From positions 210,554,001-210,618,000 of the forward strand of contig NC_086097.1 of NCBI RefSeq assembly GCF_963921235.1: a DNA stretch of 64,000 bases. Reading direction: 5' to 3'. The notes below the pieces were generated by a model that was given only the letters and a program-made list of their open reading frames with translations, was not told the DNA's origin and did not search any database. Of this stretch, positions 24,062 through 36,677 are shown piece by piece; positions within the stretch are counted from its first letter, which is position 1; the number at the start of each line of letters is the position of its first letter. Made by a program: the position numbers and the translations under genes. Origin of the DNA: Mobula hypostoma (Eukaryota).

Positions 24062-24439
24062 CATCCTGACAGAAGGCTTTGTATGTTGCATCAATAGAAA
24101 TTGATAAGAGTTGATGAGGACATGCTGAATTTCTTTAGCCTTCTGTGGAATTAGAAGCATTGGTGAGCTTTCTTGGCCATGAGATCACCTTGATTGGATC
24201 AGGTTTTAACTATTGGTCATATTCTGAATTTTGACAAGTCGTAGTCCAAATCTGGCACCAGATTGTCCACTCCTGAATCGTACAAAATTGTAAGAAGATC
24301 GAAGGACGGTCACAATTATGAGGGTGATTCTTAGTGCTTAACTCTTCCTCAGGCCAGACCATCTGAATGCAGGTGACTTTTTGGAAAGAGAATAGAATCA
24401 TAGAATTATTGTTAATCTTGATAAAAGATGACAACAAAG

Positions 24440-24620
24440 GTATGGTGTGCATCTCCCCTTTTCTGAAGCAGCCTTGCAGTTTGTACCCGCTGTAGGTGAT
24501 CTATGCAGTATGGCAACAGCTGCTTTGCAATCAATCAGACTGAAGATTTCCATGGATTACAGGGCAGGAAGTAAAAAAAAATCGATTAATTTCATTAAAT
24601 TTTTAACAATTTACAGAAAT
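24440..24620. promoter_or_regulatory. Candidate enhancer
   Basis: Cluster of ATGGCAAC (RFX half-site), ATCAATCA (Pbx, 24530), CAGGAAGT (ETS, 24565) and AATCGATT (24580) in unique sequence. Confidence 0.3.
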
Positions 24621-24991
24621 TGCAATAAATCTAGGATACACGTTTGGGATTATTACCATACCTAAAATATCAGAAACAAATTCAAAAGTAATGCTTGTTG
24701 CGTATTACAAAAATCATGGCACTTTCAAATGTTACTCTGTGGGAAAGAGGCTTAACATATGGAAAATGATTCCTTCTTTTTATCATGATATGAAGGGCCT
24801 GTTTCCCTTGTGTATATATGTATTGTTACCCAGAAATTCCTTTGTGCAAAGTTGTCATATTCAAAATCATTTTTTCTAGTGTTGTCTTTTCCATATTGCA
24901 CAGCAGTGGTATTAAATTATTTTACTGACATCCAGGTTGGCTGTCTGTGTGATATCATGAGCTCTGGAATTTGTCAATGTGCTCTATTAAA

Positions 24992-25690
24992 AACATAGAA
25001 ACATAGAAAACCTACAGCACAATACAGGCCCTTCGGCACACAAAGCTATGCCGAACATGTCCTTACCTTAGAGATTATCTAGGGTTACCCATAGCCCTCT
25101 ATTTTTCTGAGCTCCATGTACCTGTTCAGGAGTCTCTTAAAAGACCCTATTGTATATGCCTCCATCACTGTCGCCGGCAGCCCATTACACACATTCACCA
25201 CTCTCTGCGTAAAAGAACTTACACCTGACATCTCCTCTGTACCTACTTCCAAGCAGCTTAAAACTCTGCCCTCTCATGTTAGCCATTTCAGCCCTGGGAA
25301 AAAGTCTCTGACTATCCACATGACCAATGCCTCTCATTATCTTTGACACCTCTGTCAGGTCACCTCTCATCCTCCATAGCTCTAGCACAAAAAAGGCCAA
25401 GTTCACTCAACCTATTCTCATAAGGCATGCTCTCCAATCCAGGCAATATCTTTGTGAATCTCATCTGCACCCTTTCTGTGGTGTCCACGTCCTTCCTGTA
25501 GTGAGGCGACCCGATCCCTACAATCGCCAAGATCCTCTTACATAGTGAATACTGAAGCAAAGTATTCATCAAGTACTTCTGCTATCTCCTCCAGTTCCAT
25601 ACACACTTTTCCACTGTCACACTTGATTGGTCCTATTCTCTCACGTCTTATCCTCTTGCTCTTCACATACTTGTAGAATGCCTTGGCGTT
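24992..25690 (-). mobile_element. CR1 LINE 3' fragment with an internal deletion
   Basis: (CTATGTTT)n tail, ERVQMRFTKILPGLE and MRGDLTEV motifs, joined to an upstream KAFYKYVKSKR segment. Confidence 0.85.
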
Positions 25691-25947
25691 TTTGTTGACT
25701 TTTATTGCTGCTGTTGCTGCAATTAGATCCGGTTTGAATTTCCACCAGTTGTAAAAGATGGCCATATATCCCTTGTCGAGTTAATAATTCCCTCATGATC
25801 TTCCACGTTATGTATGGAGTTTCTAAATGAGATGCTTATAGGAGATGTTGGTGATGAAGTCTTTATTATAATTCCATTTAGAAATCTATTGTTTTATCAA
25901 TATTAAATAAATCATCCACACTCCCTTTCTTTGAATTGAGCTACAAC

Positions 25948-27030
25948 AAAGTTCAAAAGTTCACAGTTCAAAGTAAAATTTATTATCAGAGTACATACAT
26001 ATCACCCACATACAAGCCTGAGATTCTTTTTCTGTGGGCGTACTTAACAAATCTACAGAACGGTAACTGCAAACAGGATCTGTAAACTGTAATTATCAGG
26101 AACTGTGAACTATGCAAATGCAGAAAATAAATAAATAGCAGTAAATAATGAGCAGGAAATAATCAGATAAAAGAGTCCTTAAATGATTGTAGTAACTTGT
26201 GTTCAACAGTCTGATGGCGGGGAGTGGGTAGTAACTGTTTTTGACCCTAGTGGTGTGAGTCCTGAGGTACCTGTACCTTCCACCTGACGGTAGCAGTGAG
26301 AAAAGAGCATGGCCCGGATGGTGAGGATCTTTAATGATGGATGCTGCTTTTCTACAGCAATGTTTCATGTAGGTATGCTCAATGGTTGGGAGGGTTTTAC
26401 CCGTGATGTACTGGACCGAATCCACTACCTTTTGTAGGATTTTCCACTCAAAGACACTGGTGTTTGCATACCAGACCGTAATGCAGCCAGTCAGTGCACT
26501 TTCCACTTCACATCTATAGAAGTTTGCCAAGGTTTTTGATGACATGCCAAATCTCCACTCCTGAGGAAGTAGCAGCACTACTGTGCTTTCTTTGCAATAA
26601 TATTTATGTGATGGGTTCCGGACAGATCCTCTGGGATAGTGACACCCAGAAATTTAAAATTATTGACCCTTTTCACCTCTGATCCTCCCAAGACTATTGG
26701 CTCATGGATCTCTGGTTTTCCTCTCCCGAAGTCTACTCTCAGTTCTTTGGTCTAATTGACATTGAGTGAGAGGTTGTTGCTATTACATCACTCAGCTAAA
26801 TTTTCAATCTTGGGGATGCACGATAGTTCCTCCCTGTTCTGGCGTTCAAAGCGAGCATAGAGGGCATTGAACTCATCTGGAAACAACGCTCTGCCGTCTG
26901 TCTCAAGATTTAACGTTATTGGAGGTTATGTTTTTCAAACCTTGCCACTTCTGTCGACCATCCCTTGTTGAATACAGTGGCCATTTATGAGACAATTGGC
27001 ACCAAACCCTCAAGGCATGAATTGCCTTGA
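25948..27030 (-). mobile_element. Rex1/Babar LINE 3' part
   Basis: ORF 26096..26578 reads FGMSSKTLANFYRC...KAASIIKDPHHPGHALFSLLPSGGRYR. It has a TTGAAC-type tail. Confidence 0.85.
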
Positions 27031-27379
27031 TGAGTGGAGGATCTAGATTAAAATGATGTCATGATATTTTCTCCTTTGAAATCAATAGAAGTTCATGTCA
27101 CCCACTGAAGCTGTGGAGACTTATGGAACCTAATTTTACTGAATTTCCTAAAAGTAATAAAATATTTCCTTATGACAGAGAAGGTGGCCATTTGACCAAC
27201 CTAGTCCAGATCAGTTCTTGGTACATTCTACTCACCCCATCCCCTCAATGAGCTGCTAAACACAGGTCATTAAGAATATAAGAAATACTTTTCTCATAAT
27301 TTGCAGATTGAGCTGAAGATATTAATGTTTTATTATTACAATGAAAGTTGATATTTTAGGAATCAATCACAATAGTCAT

Positions 27380-27760
27380 GATTCCACAGACATGTACAAA
27401 ATACCGAGCAATTTAAACAGTCATTAAGTATCAGTCACATTTCTAATTGCATAATGCACTTATTACTCACTATGCATGTCTTACTTTAAACATCTACTTT
27501 GTCACTTCAAACCAAGATTTAATTAAAAACATCCATTGGTAATAAGCAGCAGCAAGTAAACTTTAAGAGTGCTTTAATCAGTAATAATCCTAAAGCTAAT
27601 TTCGGCTGAAAGCCTTCGTGGTTCCTTTATCAGTGAGGCAACAATGAAACCTGCTTAGTGTGATTGACAGACATTCACGCAACAATTAAAATGCAATCAA
27701 AAGTAACCTGCTTTCTCTGGAAAACATTGAAGATTGTTTATATTAACTACTAAACATAAT
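27380..27760. promoter_or_regulatory. Candidate developmental enhancer (conserved non-coding element-like)
   Basis: Perfect Pbx-Meis/Prep decamer TGATTGACAG at 27661-27670, Sox AACAATG at 27640 and many TAAT/ATTA motifs, in TE-free sequence. Confidence 0.4.
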
Positions 27761-28144
27761 TATCTTTGAAGCAAATTTATATATTTGTGATGAATATGAT
27801 CAGAGGTTACAGGATATAATTTTTAATTGTAACTGAATGAAAACTACTCACTACAGCTAAATCTTAAGTATATCAGCTCCAAATCATTTGAAAACAGCTG
27901 CTTTTTCTCCACGTTAGCTATTTTCACCTAATTTATGTTCTTACATGTGAGGGCATGCATTTCTTTCCATTTCCTCGTATAGCTTTTATTTAGACGTTAT
28001 GTTAGGACAGAGAGTATAGAGGAAACATAGCTGATATACTGTATATGTGAAATGGAGCATTAAGACCTAAGCTGGTAGATGATAGGTGGAATTAGATAAT
28101 GGAGAGGTAAAGGAGATTAGACAAAAAAAAAACAGATGATGAAT

Positions 28145-29415
28145 GGCTCCCCTTGTCCCAAAGTGTATCTTTACTGTGTTTGTCCAGTTTCTATACATCT
28201 TCATCCCCCATCAGGAAGATCTTAGGTCCTTCTGCTCCTTTTTTGGAACAAATACCCAAACAGTTCCTCTCCACCAACACTCACATTTACTTGGCATAGT
28301 TGAATTTACTCTGAAAAACTTCTCCTTTGATTGCTCACACTTTCTACAAGCTAAAGATGGACACTCGTATAGACACCAACTGTACCTGTCATTTCATTGG
28401 CTAAATGGGGCAGTCCTTGTTTTAAACCTACTCTAGCACCCTTGCCCAATTCTTTTACCACCACATTCATGACTACATTGATGCTGTTTCCTGCACTCAT
28501 GTGGAATTTTTTCAATTTTAACACCATTACCAACTTTCAAGCTGTTCTCAAATTCATGTGGCCTACCCCTGTCATTTCTCTTCCTTTTCTGGATCTCTAC
28601 GATATCCACTATAAGCACATGGACTCCCACAGCCACCTCAATTACAACACCTTCCACTGTGTCTCCAGTAAAGCCATCATCCCTTTTTCTCAGCTTCTCT
28701 ATTTCCACCACATCTATCCTTGAGATGAGGCTTTCCATTCTAGGACTTCTGAAATATCCTGGTTCTTCAGGAAACATATCTTCCCTTCTGCTGTGATAGA
28801 TAGAGCCTCCATGTAATAGATGGAGACCCCTTGGCCTGACTAGTACACACAGTATGTGATTGATGATGCAAGTGTGGACAAGAGTGATTGCTTTGTGGAA
28901 AACATGTATTCATTATGCAGGGCAACCCAGAACTTCCTATTACCTGCCACTTTAAAATATAATCCCAGTCCCACTCTGACCTATTAGTCTGTGACCTTCT
29001 GTAATGTTATAATGAGGCCCAATGCAAGCTTCAACAAGCACTTTATTTCCCATCAGCTCACGTTGCCAATTCCTGGACAATATTGAATTTTACAATTTCA
29101 GATAACTAGAATTCTTAGTCTGCTTCAGTGATCTATCCGTAGTATTAAGTCAGCTTATTATTTCCTCTTTCTTTGGGAATAGAGGACATGCCCAGCCTGA
29201 CTTGCATTTTCCAACTCTGGCACGTCTCTGCTCTTCTATCCAGCTTCACACTCACTGACCAGATCGATTTGTTTACAGCTTAACCCTGAAATCACCATCA
29301 TTTTACCCCATCAAGGTCCCTCTCTCCAATCCTCTTACAGCTTTTTACCTAAAACATCAACTGTCCACGTCCCTCTGTAGGTGCTTACTGACCCACTGAG
29401 TTCCCCCAGTACACT
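28145..29415 (+). mobile_element. Old, degraded PLE (RT, GIY-YIG and pLTR remnants)
   Basis: IPHQEDL, LKNFSFDCSHFLQ, SLPFLDL and YKHMDSHSHL are homologous to the RT at 3576-4694. Confidence 0.75.
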
Positions 29416-29912
29416 TCGTGCAAAGTCAAAACATAATAAAATTTATTATCAAAGTATGTACATGTATCTTCAAAGTCGAAAGTTCATAGTACATTTATGT
29501 CACTATATACTACCCTAAAATTTATCTTCTTGTGGCCATTCATGATAAGTGCATAGAAACACAACAGAATCAATGAAAAACCCTACAGACAACAAGATGA
29601 ACAAAAACCAAAGCATAAAAGAAAACAGACTGTTCAAATACAAAAAAAAAACAAAATAATAATTAATAAGCAATAAGTATCAAGAACGTGAGATGAAGAG
29701 TCCTTGAAAGTGAGTCCATAGGTTATGAGAAGAGTTCAGTGTTGGCGAGAGTGAAGTTATCCCCTCTGGTTCAAGTGCTTGATAGTGAGGGGTAATAACT
29801 GTCCTAACCCTGGTGGTGTGGGTCTTGATGCTTCTGTACCTCCTTTCTGACAGCTGAAGCATATTCACCATGTATTACTCTGATATTTATTTTCTTGCAG
29901 ACATTCACAGTC

Positions 29913-32076
29913 GAAAATTAAAGGAATTAATTTGAGGAAAATTAAAGTGGATAAATCCCCGGGACCTGACAGAGTGTTCCCTCGGACCTTGAAGGAGACT
30001 AGTGTTGAAATTGCGGGGGCCCTGGCAGAAATATTAAAAATGTCGCTGTCTAAGGGTGAGGTGCCGGAGGATTGGAGAGTGGCTCATGTTGTTCCGTTGT
30101 TTAAAAAAGGATCGAAAAGTAATCCGGGAAATTATAGGCCGGTGAGTTTAACGTCGGTAGTAGGTAAGTTATTGGAGGGAGTTGTTGTTCGTCCATCGTT
30201 GTCATCGATGAAGACCTCGACACCATTATGATAGTGTCGAGACCAGTGCTTGATTTGGATTTAAGTGAGGGAGAGTTGTGTAGCGTCAGCCTCACTCTGT
30301 CTTCCCAATTCCCATCTGGATCCAGTGGCAAGACAAGAGTCGAGATAGCTGGAGATGGGACTAGGCGCAGTGGATGACCAGGACATCTTCTGTGTCTTGT
30401 TCTGCTCTACACGTTCCACAATGATTGCAGAGTCAGCCTTCTTGATCGTTGGACCTTCCGTTGGTCTCGTCCGCTCAGTCCGCCAGAGTCTGTCTTCACA
30501 TGCTGGGATAGACAACTCCCTATCTCACCGAGGGTTTGAGACCCGTCGGCTACCCTCACCTGGTTTAGCTGGCTTGTCGAAGCCGTTGCCCGGGGTGTGG
30601 CCGCTGTCGCATGCAAACAGCTATGGGGAGCCACAGGTGAGAGCTGAGTGCCAGGTGGGGACCAAAGGTGGACTAACCGCCCTGAACAGGACGCGACATG
30701 TTCCTCCACCAGAGGTGCTACCCCTCCCTGACACCCCATACACCCCGAGACAGAATCTACAAGCATTTGGATAGACAGGGACTTATTAGGGAGAGTCAAC
30801 ATGGCTTTGTGCATGATAGGTCATGTTTGACCAATCTATTGGAGTTTTTCGAGGAGGTTACCAGGAAAGTGGATGAAAGGAAGGCAGTGGATGTTGTCTA
30901 CATGGATTTCAGTAAGGCCTTTGACAAGGTCCTGCATGGGAGGTTAGTTAGGAAAATTCAGTCGCTACGTATACATGGAGAGGTGGTAAATTGGATTAGA
31001 CATTGGCTCAATGGAAGAAGCCAAAGAGTGGTGGTAGAGAATTGCTTCTCTGAGTGGAGGCCTATGACTAGTGGTGTGCCATAAGGATCAGTGCTGGATC
31101 CAATGTTATTTGTCATCTATATCAATGATCTGGATGATAATGTGGTAAATTGGATCAGCAAGTTTGCTGATGATACAAAGATTGGAGGTGTAGTAGACAG
31201 TGAGGAAGGTTTTCAGAGCCTGCAGAGGGACTTGGACCAGCTGGAAAAATGGGCTGAAAAATGGCAGATGGAGTTTAATACAGACAAGTGTGAGATATTG
31301 CACGTTGGAAGGACAAACCAAGGTAGAACATACAGGGTTAATGGTAAGGCACTGAGGAGTGCAGTAGAACAGAGGGATCTGGGAATACAGATACAAAATT
31401 CCCTAAAAGTGGCGTCACAAGTAGATAGGGTCGTAAAGAGAGCTTTTGGTACATTGGCCTTTATTAATCAAAGTATTGAGTATAAGAGCTGAAATGTTAT
31501 GATGAGGTTGTATAAGGCATTGGTGAGGTTGAATCTGGAGTATTGTGTTCAGTTTTGGTCACCAAATTACAGGAAGGATATAAATAAGGTTGAAAGAGTG
31601 CAGAGAAGGTTTACAAGGATGTTGCCAGGACTTGAGAAACTCGGTTACAGAGAAAGGTTGAATGTTAGGACTTTATTCCCTGGAGCGTAGAAGAATGAGG
31701 GGAGATTTGATAGAGGTATATAAAATTATGATGGGTATAGATAGAGTGAATGCAAGCAGGCTTTTTCCACTGAGGTAAGGGGAGAAAAAAACCAGAGGAC
31801 ATGGGTTAAGGGTGAGGGGGGAAAGTTTAAAGGGAACATTAGGGGGGGCTTCTTCACACAGAGAGTGGTGGGAGTATGGAATGAGCTGCCAGATGAGGTG
31901 GTAAATGCGGGTTCTTTATTAACATTTAAGAATAAATTGGACAGATACGTGGATGGGAGGTGTATGGAGGGATATGGTCCGTGTGCAGGTCAGTGGGACT
32001 AGGCAGAAAATGGTTTGGCACAGCCAAGAAGGGCCAAAAGGCCTGTTTCTGTGCTGTAGTTTCTATGGTTTCTATG
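29913..32076 (+). mobile_element. CR1 LINE, 5'-truncated ORF2 RT plus 3' UTR
   Basis: KSPGPDRVFPRTLKE, NYRPVSLTS, YMDFSKAFDKV and KFADDTK motifs, with a (TTCTATGG)n tail. It is interrupted at 30181-30746. Confidence 0.93.
30181..30746 (-). mobile_element. Non-autonomous RTE-type retroposon
   Basis: It interrupts the CR1 ORF2 (..LLEGV | RDRIYKHL..). The minus-strand 3' end is GGACGAACAACAAC, a (CAA)n tail, and the body resembles RTE 5' UTR-derived SINE-like elements. No TSD; a few target bases appear to be missing. Confidence 0.7.
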
Positions 32077-32213
32077 GAACAAAGGAACACATAAAAAGAC
32101 TGACGGACAAACAATGTGTAAAACAAAGCAAACTGCAAATACATAGAAAATAATAGTAATAAACAAATAAGTAAATGAACAATGATGAGAACATGAGTTG
32201 TAGAGTTCTTGAA

Positions 32214-33383
32214 TGTCACAATGGCGGGGCATTGGGAGCAAGGGTGGACCCAAATGCAAGACACATCTTGTGAGGTTAATTTAGTTTATTGTTCAATACC
32301 AGGAGAGCAAGGCAGGAGTAGGAATAGCGGACTGAGCACTACGACTAGGCTGGGACCAAGGGTCTAGGCTAGGACTCGGAATCGGCTCCCAGAACTAGAG
32401 GAGACATGAAGAGGCTAGGGTATGGACTCCGAGCCCGAGACTGGGCAAGGACCCAGTACCCGGGTCTTGCCTCGGGCTCGGACCCCAGAACCAGGCAAGG
32501 ACATGACATGGGCTGGGGAGAGGAGGAACATGGGAACACATAGCCTCGGTCTCGGGGAGCAGGTACATGGAACCATGGACACATACACAGAACACAGAGT
32601 CGGGACCCCTCCTTGGGTACAGGACATAGGGCCGGGACTCATGACCCCCCGCCAGGCAACGGCAAGACGGCCTGACGTACCCATGGAGGCGAGGACAAGA
32701 CATGACAAGACCAACACGAATGAACACCAGACAGTACCTATCTAGCTCCGGCAATGGAACTAGACCGAAGTGCAGGCGGGGGCTAGAGGTGAGAGGGGCA
32801 GAGAAGAGATTCAGACAAGGGGGTAGGACAGGAATCACAGACCACCAGGGCCAGGGCTTGACTCAGAACTGGGAAGCCGCCAGGACCAGGACTTGGTGCT
32901 TGAATGCCGCCAGGGCCAGGACGTGACTTGGTGCTGGAATGCCCCCAGAGCCAGGACTTGACTTGGAGCCTCCGGGTAGTGGTGAGCTTTCGACTCAACC
33001 CGGGAACAGTGGACAGCGGCTCTTGATTCCCTCCAGCGGGTTAACTGACGGACCCACATCAGTAAGGAAACTTTGCAGGCTCGCTTTGGCGAGGTAACTA
33101 GACTGGGTTGCTCCAGTGAGGAAGGGTGAATTACCGGCACTCGCTTCGGCAGAGACTGGGCTTGGTCCAGCCAGATGACATCGGCACACCGTACCTTTGA
33201 TGACTTTGCAGATGCTCCCGCGCCGAACGGCTGAAAGCCGGAGACTATAAACTACCGGTTCAGCCGAGCGTTAATTGCCTCTAATCACCAAAGCCAAGGG
33301 ACGCGAGAAAACTGGGAAACAACGGTCCGGATCGTAACATAAACAAGGTAAATTTAAAGGGATCCTGATCCGGACCATGACCA
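32214..33383 (-). mobile_element. Solo LTR (probably Gypsy-type)
   Basis: TG...CA ends, a 5-bp TSD TTGAA at 32209-32213 and 33384-33388, and AATAAA on the minus strand near 32285-32290. It is GC-rich with no gag/pol motifs. Confidence 0.8.
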
Positions 33384-33574
33384 TTGAAAGTGAGTCCATA
33401 GGTTGTGAAATCCGTTCAGAGTTGAGGTGAATGATGCTATCCACACTAGTTCAAGAGCCTGATGTTTGAAGGGTAATCACTGTTCCTGAACCTGGAACAG
33501 CCTAAGGCTCCTATTCCTCCTTCATGATGGTAGCAGTGGGAACAGTGTGGCCTGGATGTTAGATTTAAAGCTTC

Positions 33575-33710
33575 TTTTGTCCCCTTTGCTGTTCTGTCGA
33601 AGGGTCTCAGACATAAATGTTGACTTTGATTCTCTTCCCCCAGATGCAGCCCATCTCCAGCTGAGTGTTTCCAGCATTTGCTGTTTTAGTTTCACATTTT
33701 CCAGCAAAGC
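33575..33710 (+). mobile_element. Degraded PLE pLTR tail
   Basis: CTGTCGAAGGGTCTCAGAC...CAGATGC...CCAGCA is a decayed version of the hammerhead plus tail. Confidence 0.55.
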
Positions 33711-33764
33711 TGGTAAGTTTAAAGGGATTAAGGGAAGTAAGGCCCCAGGAGGTTTCAAAGGAGC

Positions 33765-34837
33765 ATGAGGTAAAATGCTGAAGATCCTGAAAGCTTACGG
33801 AGTGCCAGACCGTCTACTGAGAGCAATAGAGCCCAGCTATAGCAAAACCATGGCGAAAGTTGTATCACCAGACGGAGAAACAGCAGTGTTCGAGCTCCTA
33901 GCTTGTGTGCTGCAAGGAGACACTTTGGCACCCTACATTTTTATAATCGTCCTTGATTACACTCTACGTCAAGCTACCAAAGATCATGACAAGCTTGGTT
34001 ACCATAAAACCAGGACGAACCAAAACGGTCAGACCAGTTACACTCACAGATCTCGATTTTGCAGATGACATAGTCCTGCTCTCTGACCAGATGGAGGAAG
34101 CACAGCAGCTACTGACAAAAGTGGAAATTGAGTGCAATAAAGTTGGACTTCACCTAAACGCTAAAAAGACAGAGTACATGGCGTTTAACTGTGACGAAGG
34201 TAATCTCTAGAATGTAGAGAATGATACCATTAAGAAAGTCTTTGACTAGAAGTACCTCGGGTCAAGAATGATGAGTTCGGAGAAGGACATGAAGATACGG
34301 AAGGTGCTGGCGTGGAGTGCTATGAACGACATGAAGGAAATCTGGAAGTCGAACCTGACCAGAGAGCTTAAAAAGAGGATTTTCATAGCAGTCATAGAGT
34401 CCATTCTCATGTCTGGATGCGAGACGTGGACACTCAGCAAGACGATGCAGAAGTTTCTAGATGGTTGCTATACACGAATGCTCCGAATGGCTCTTGACGT
34501 GAGTTGGCAACAGCACATGACGAACGTTGAGCTCTATAACAACCTACCGATGCTCTCCACTAAAATCGAGGCAAGAAGACTGCAACTAGCGGGGCACTGT
34601 CTACGACACCCCAAGCTACCTGCCAGCCTAGTCATCATATGGGAGCCCAAGCACGGGAGGATGAACCCTGGGCGCCCTCCCAAGACTATGGTCAACACGC
34701 TCCTAGAAGACAGCGGCGCGGCTAATGTAGATGAACTGAACACACTGATGAGAGAGAGGGAGAAGTGGAGAGTCCGTCATTGTGCCCGACGCTGGCCCCC
34801 TAGGCCTGAGTCGACGTAGTAGTAGTAATAGTAGTAC
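33765..34837 (+). mobile_element. RTE-clade LINE, 5'-truncated RT plus 3' end
   Basis: LQGDTLAPYIF, LDFADDIVLL, GLHLNAKKTEYM, GCETWTL, RRLQLAGHC and GRPPKT motifs, ending in a (TAG)n tail directly after the stop. Confidence 0.9.
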
Positions 34838-36262
34838 TCCCAAGTCCCTTTGCATCTCAAATTTTTGGATTTTCTCTCTGCTTAGAAAATACTGCACATT
34901 TAGTTCTTCTACGAAAGTGCATGATCATGTATTTTCCAACATTGCATTTCATCTGCCACTATCTTGCCTATTCTCCAATCGGTCTAAGTCCTTCTGCAGC
35001 TTGCCAGTTTCATCTGCCACTCCACCAACCTTCAAATCATCTTCAAACTTAGCAATAAAGCCATCTATTCTATCATCTAAATCATAAATAGAAGTGGTCA
35101 GCGTAAATAAAAGTGGTCCCAACACTGACCACTGTGGAACACCACTAGTCACTGGTAGCCAATAAGAGAAAGATCTTTTTATTCCCACTCGCTGTCTCCT
35201 ACCAATCAGCCAATGCTCTAACCATTCTAGTAACTTCCTGTAATACCATGGGCTCTTAACTTGGTAGGCAGCCTCATGTGTGGCACCTTGTCAAAGGCCT
35301 TCCGAAAGTCCAAATATACAACATCCACTGCATCCCTTTTACCTATCCTACCTGTAATCTCTTCAAAGAATTTCCCACCATTTCATCAGGCAAGATCATC
35401 CCTTAAGAAAACCATGCTGACTTTGTCTTATCTTGTCCTGTGCCACCAAGTACTCCATAACCTCATCCTTAACAACTAACTCCAACATTTTCCCAACCAC
35501 TGAGGTCAGGTTATATGGTCGATAATTTCCTTTCTGCTGTCTCTGTTCTTTCTTAAAGAGTGTAATGACATTTCTAATTTTCCAATTGTCTGGAACTATG
35601 CCAAAGTCCAATGATCTTGAAAGAACATTACTAATACCTCCACAATCTCTACCACAACCTCTTTCAGAACCCTAGGGTGCAGTTCATCTCGTCTGGGTAA
35701 CTTATGTATCTTTAGGCAGCAGACTGAGGGTGGCAGACACCAACAGAATCAACAAACTCATCCGTAAGGCCAGTGATGTTGTGGGGATAGAACTGGACTC
35801 TCTCACGGTGGTGTCTGAAAAGAGGATGCTGTCTAAGTTGCATGCCATCTTGGTCAATGTCTCCCATCCACTACATAATGTACTGGGTGGGCACAGGAGT
35901 ACATTCAGCCAGAGACTCATTCCACCGAGATGCAGCACCGAGCGTCATAGGAAGTCATTCCTGCCTGTGGCCATCAAACTTTACAACTCCTCCCTTGGAG
36001 GGTCAGACACCCTGAGCCAATAGGCTGGTCCTGGACTTATTTCATAATTTACTGGCATAATTTACATATTACTATTTAACTATTTATGGTTCTATTACTA
36101 TTTATTATTTATGGTGCAACTGTAACGAAAACCAATTTCCCCCGGGATCAATAAAGTATGACTATGACTATGACTAGGACTTTAGGACTTTCAGCTTTTT
36201 GAGCACCTTCTCCCTTATAATAGTAGCTGCACTCACTGCTCTTCCCTCACACCCTTCAATAC
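34838..36262 (-). mobile_element. CR1 ORF2 fragment, split by a Rex1-like insert
   Basis: Minus ORFs with GVPQWSVLGPLLF and NYRPYNLTSVVGK...QHGFLKG. Confidence 0.85.
35717..36175 (+). mobile_element. Rex1/Babar-related LINE 3' end (young-looking)
   Basis: ORF 35730..36023 reads RINKLIRKAS...SHPLH...TERHRKSFLPVAIKLYN, followed by AATAAA and a (TATGAC)n tail. Confidence 0.8.
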
Positions 36263-36414
36263 TGGATGCAATATAATTGGAATGAGCAAATGTTTAGAAG
36301 AATGTCCGAAACAGAATGTGTAAAGTACAATCCACAGAAGCAAAACTAATACAGATCCAATGCTTTAAAACACGGCCAAAGCAATTAAGATAGGCAAATG
36401 AGCAAGGCATGAGG

Positions 36415-36677
36415 ACTTCTGATTTTTTTTCTCCCAGGGTGGGAACGGCTAATACAAAAAGACATACTTTTAAGGTGATTGTAGGAAAACGTGGATGGAA
36501 TGTGAGAGCTAGGTTTTTTTACATAGGGAGTAGTGAGTGCATGCAGGGTGGTGGTAGAGGCAGATACATTAGGGACATTTCAGAGACTCTTAGATAGGTA
36601 CTTGGATGATCAGCATGTCAGCATAACATTGAGGGATAAAGGTCCTTCACTGTGCTGTACAATGTTCTATGTTCTGA
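36415..36677 (+). mobile_element. CR1 3' end fragment
   Basis: ..FFSPRVGTANTKRHTFKV.. remnant with a TGTTCTA-type tail. Confidence 0.65.

Larger units (their letters stand above)
23048..24200 (-). mobile_element. Rex1/Babar 3' fragment, split by a PLE pLTR insert
   Basis: The UTR and ..TTRLRTVS.. remnant continue after 24062. Confidence 0.65.
29420..33545 (-). mobile_element. Stacked Rex1/Babar 3' UTR fragments hosting the CR1 and LTR insertions
   Basis: Pieces at 29420-29912, 32077-32213 and 33384-33545 share the GAGTYCTTGAAAGTGAGTCCATAGG UTR and an RRYRSIKTHTTR remnant. Confidence 0.65.

Noticed and set aside
32369..33189. Cluster of overlapping ORFs
   Set aside because: All lie inside the GC-rich solo LTR, with no gag/pol/env motifs.
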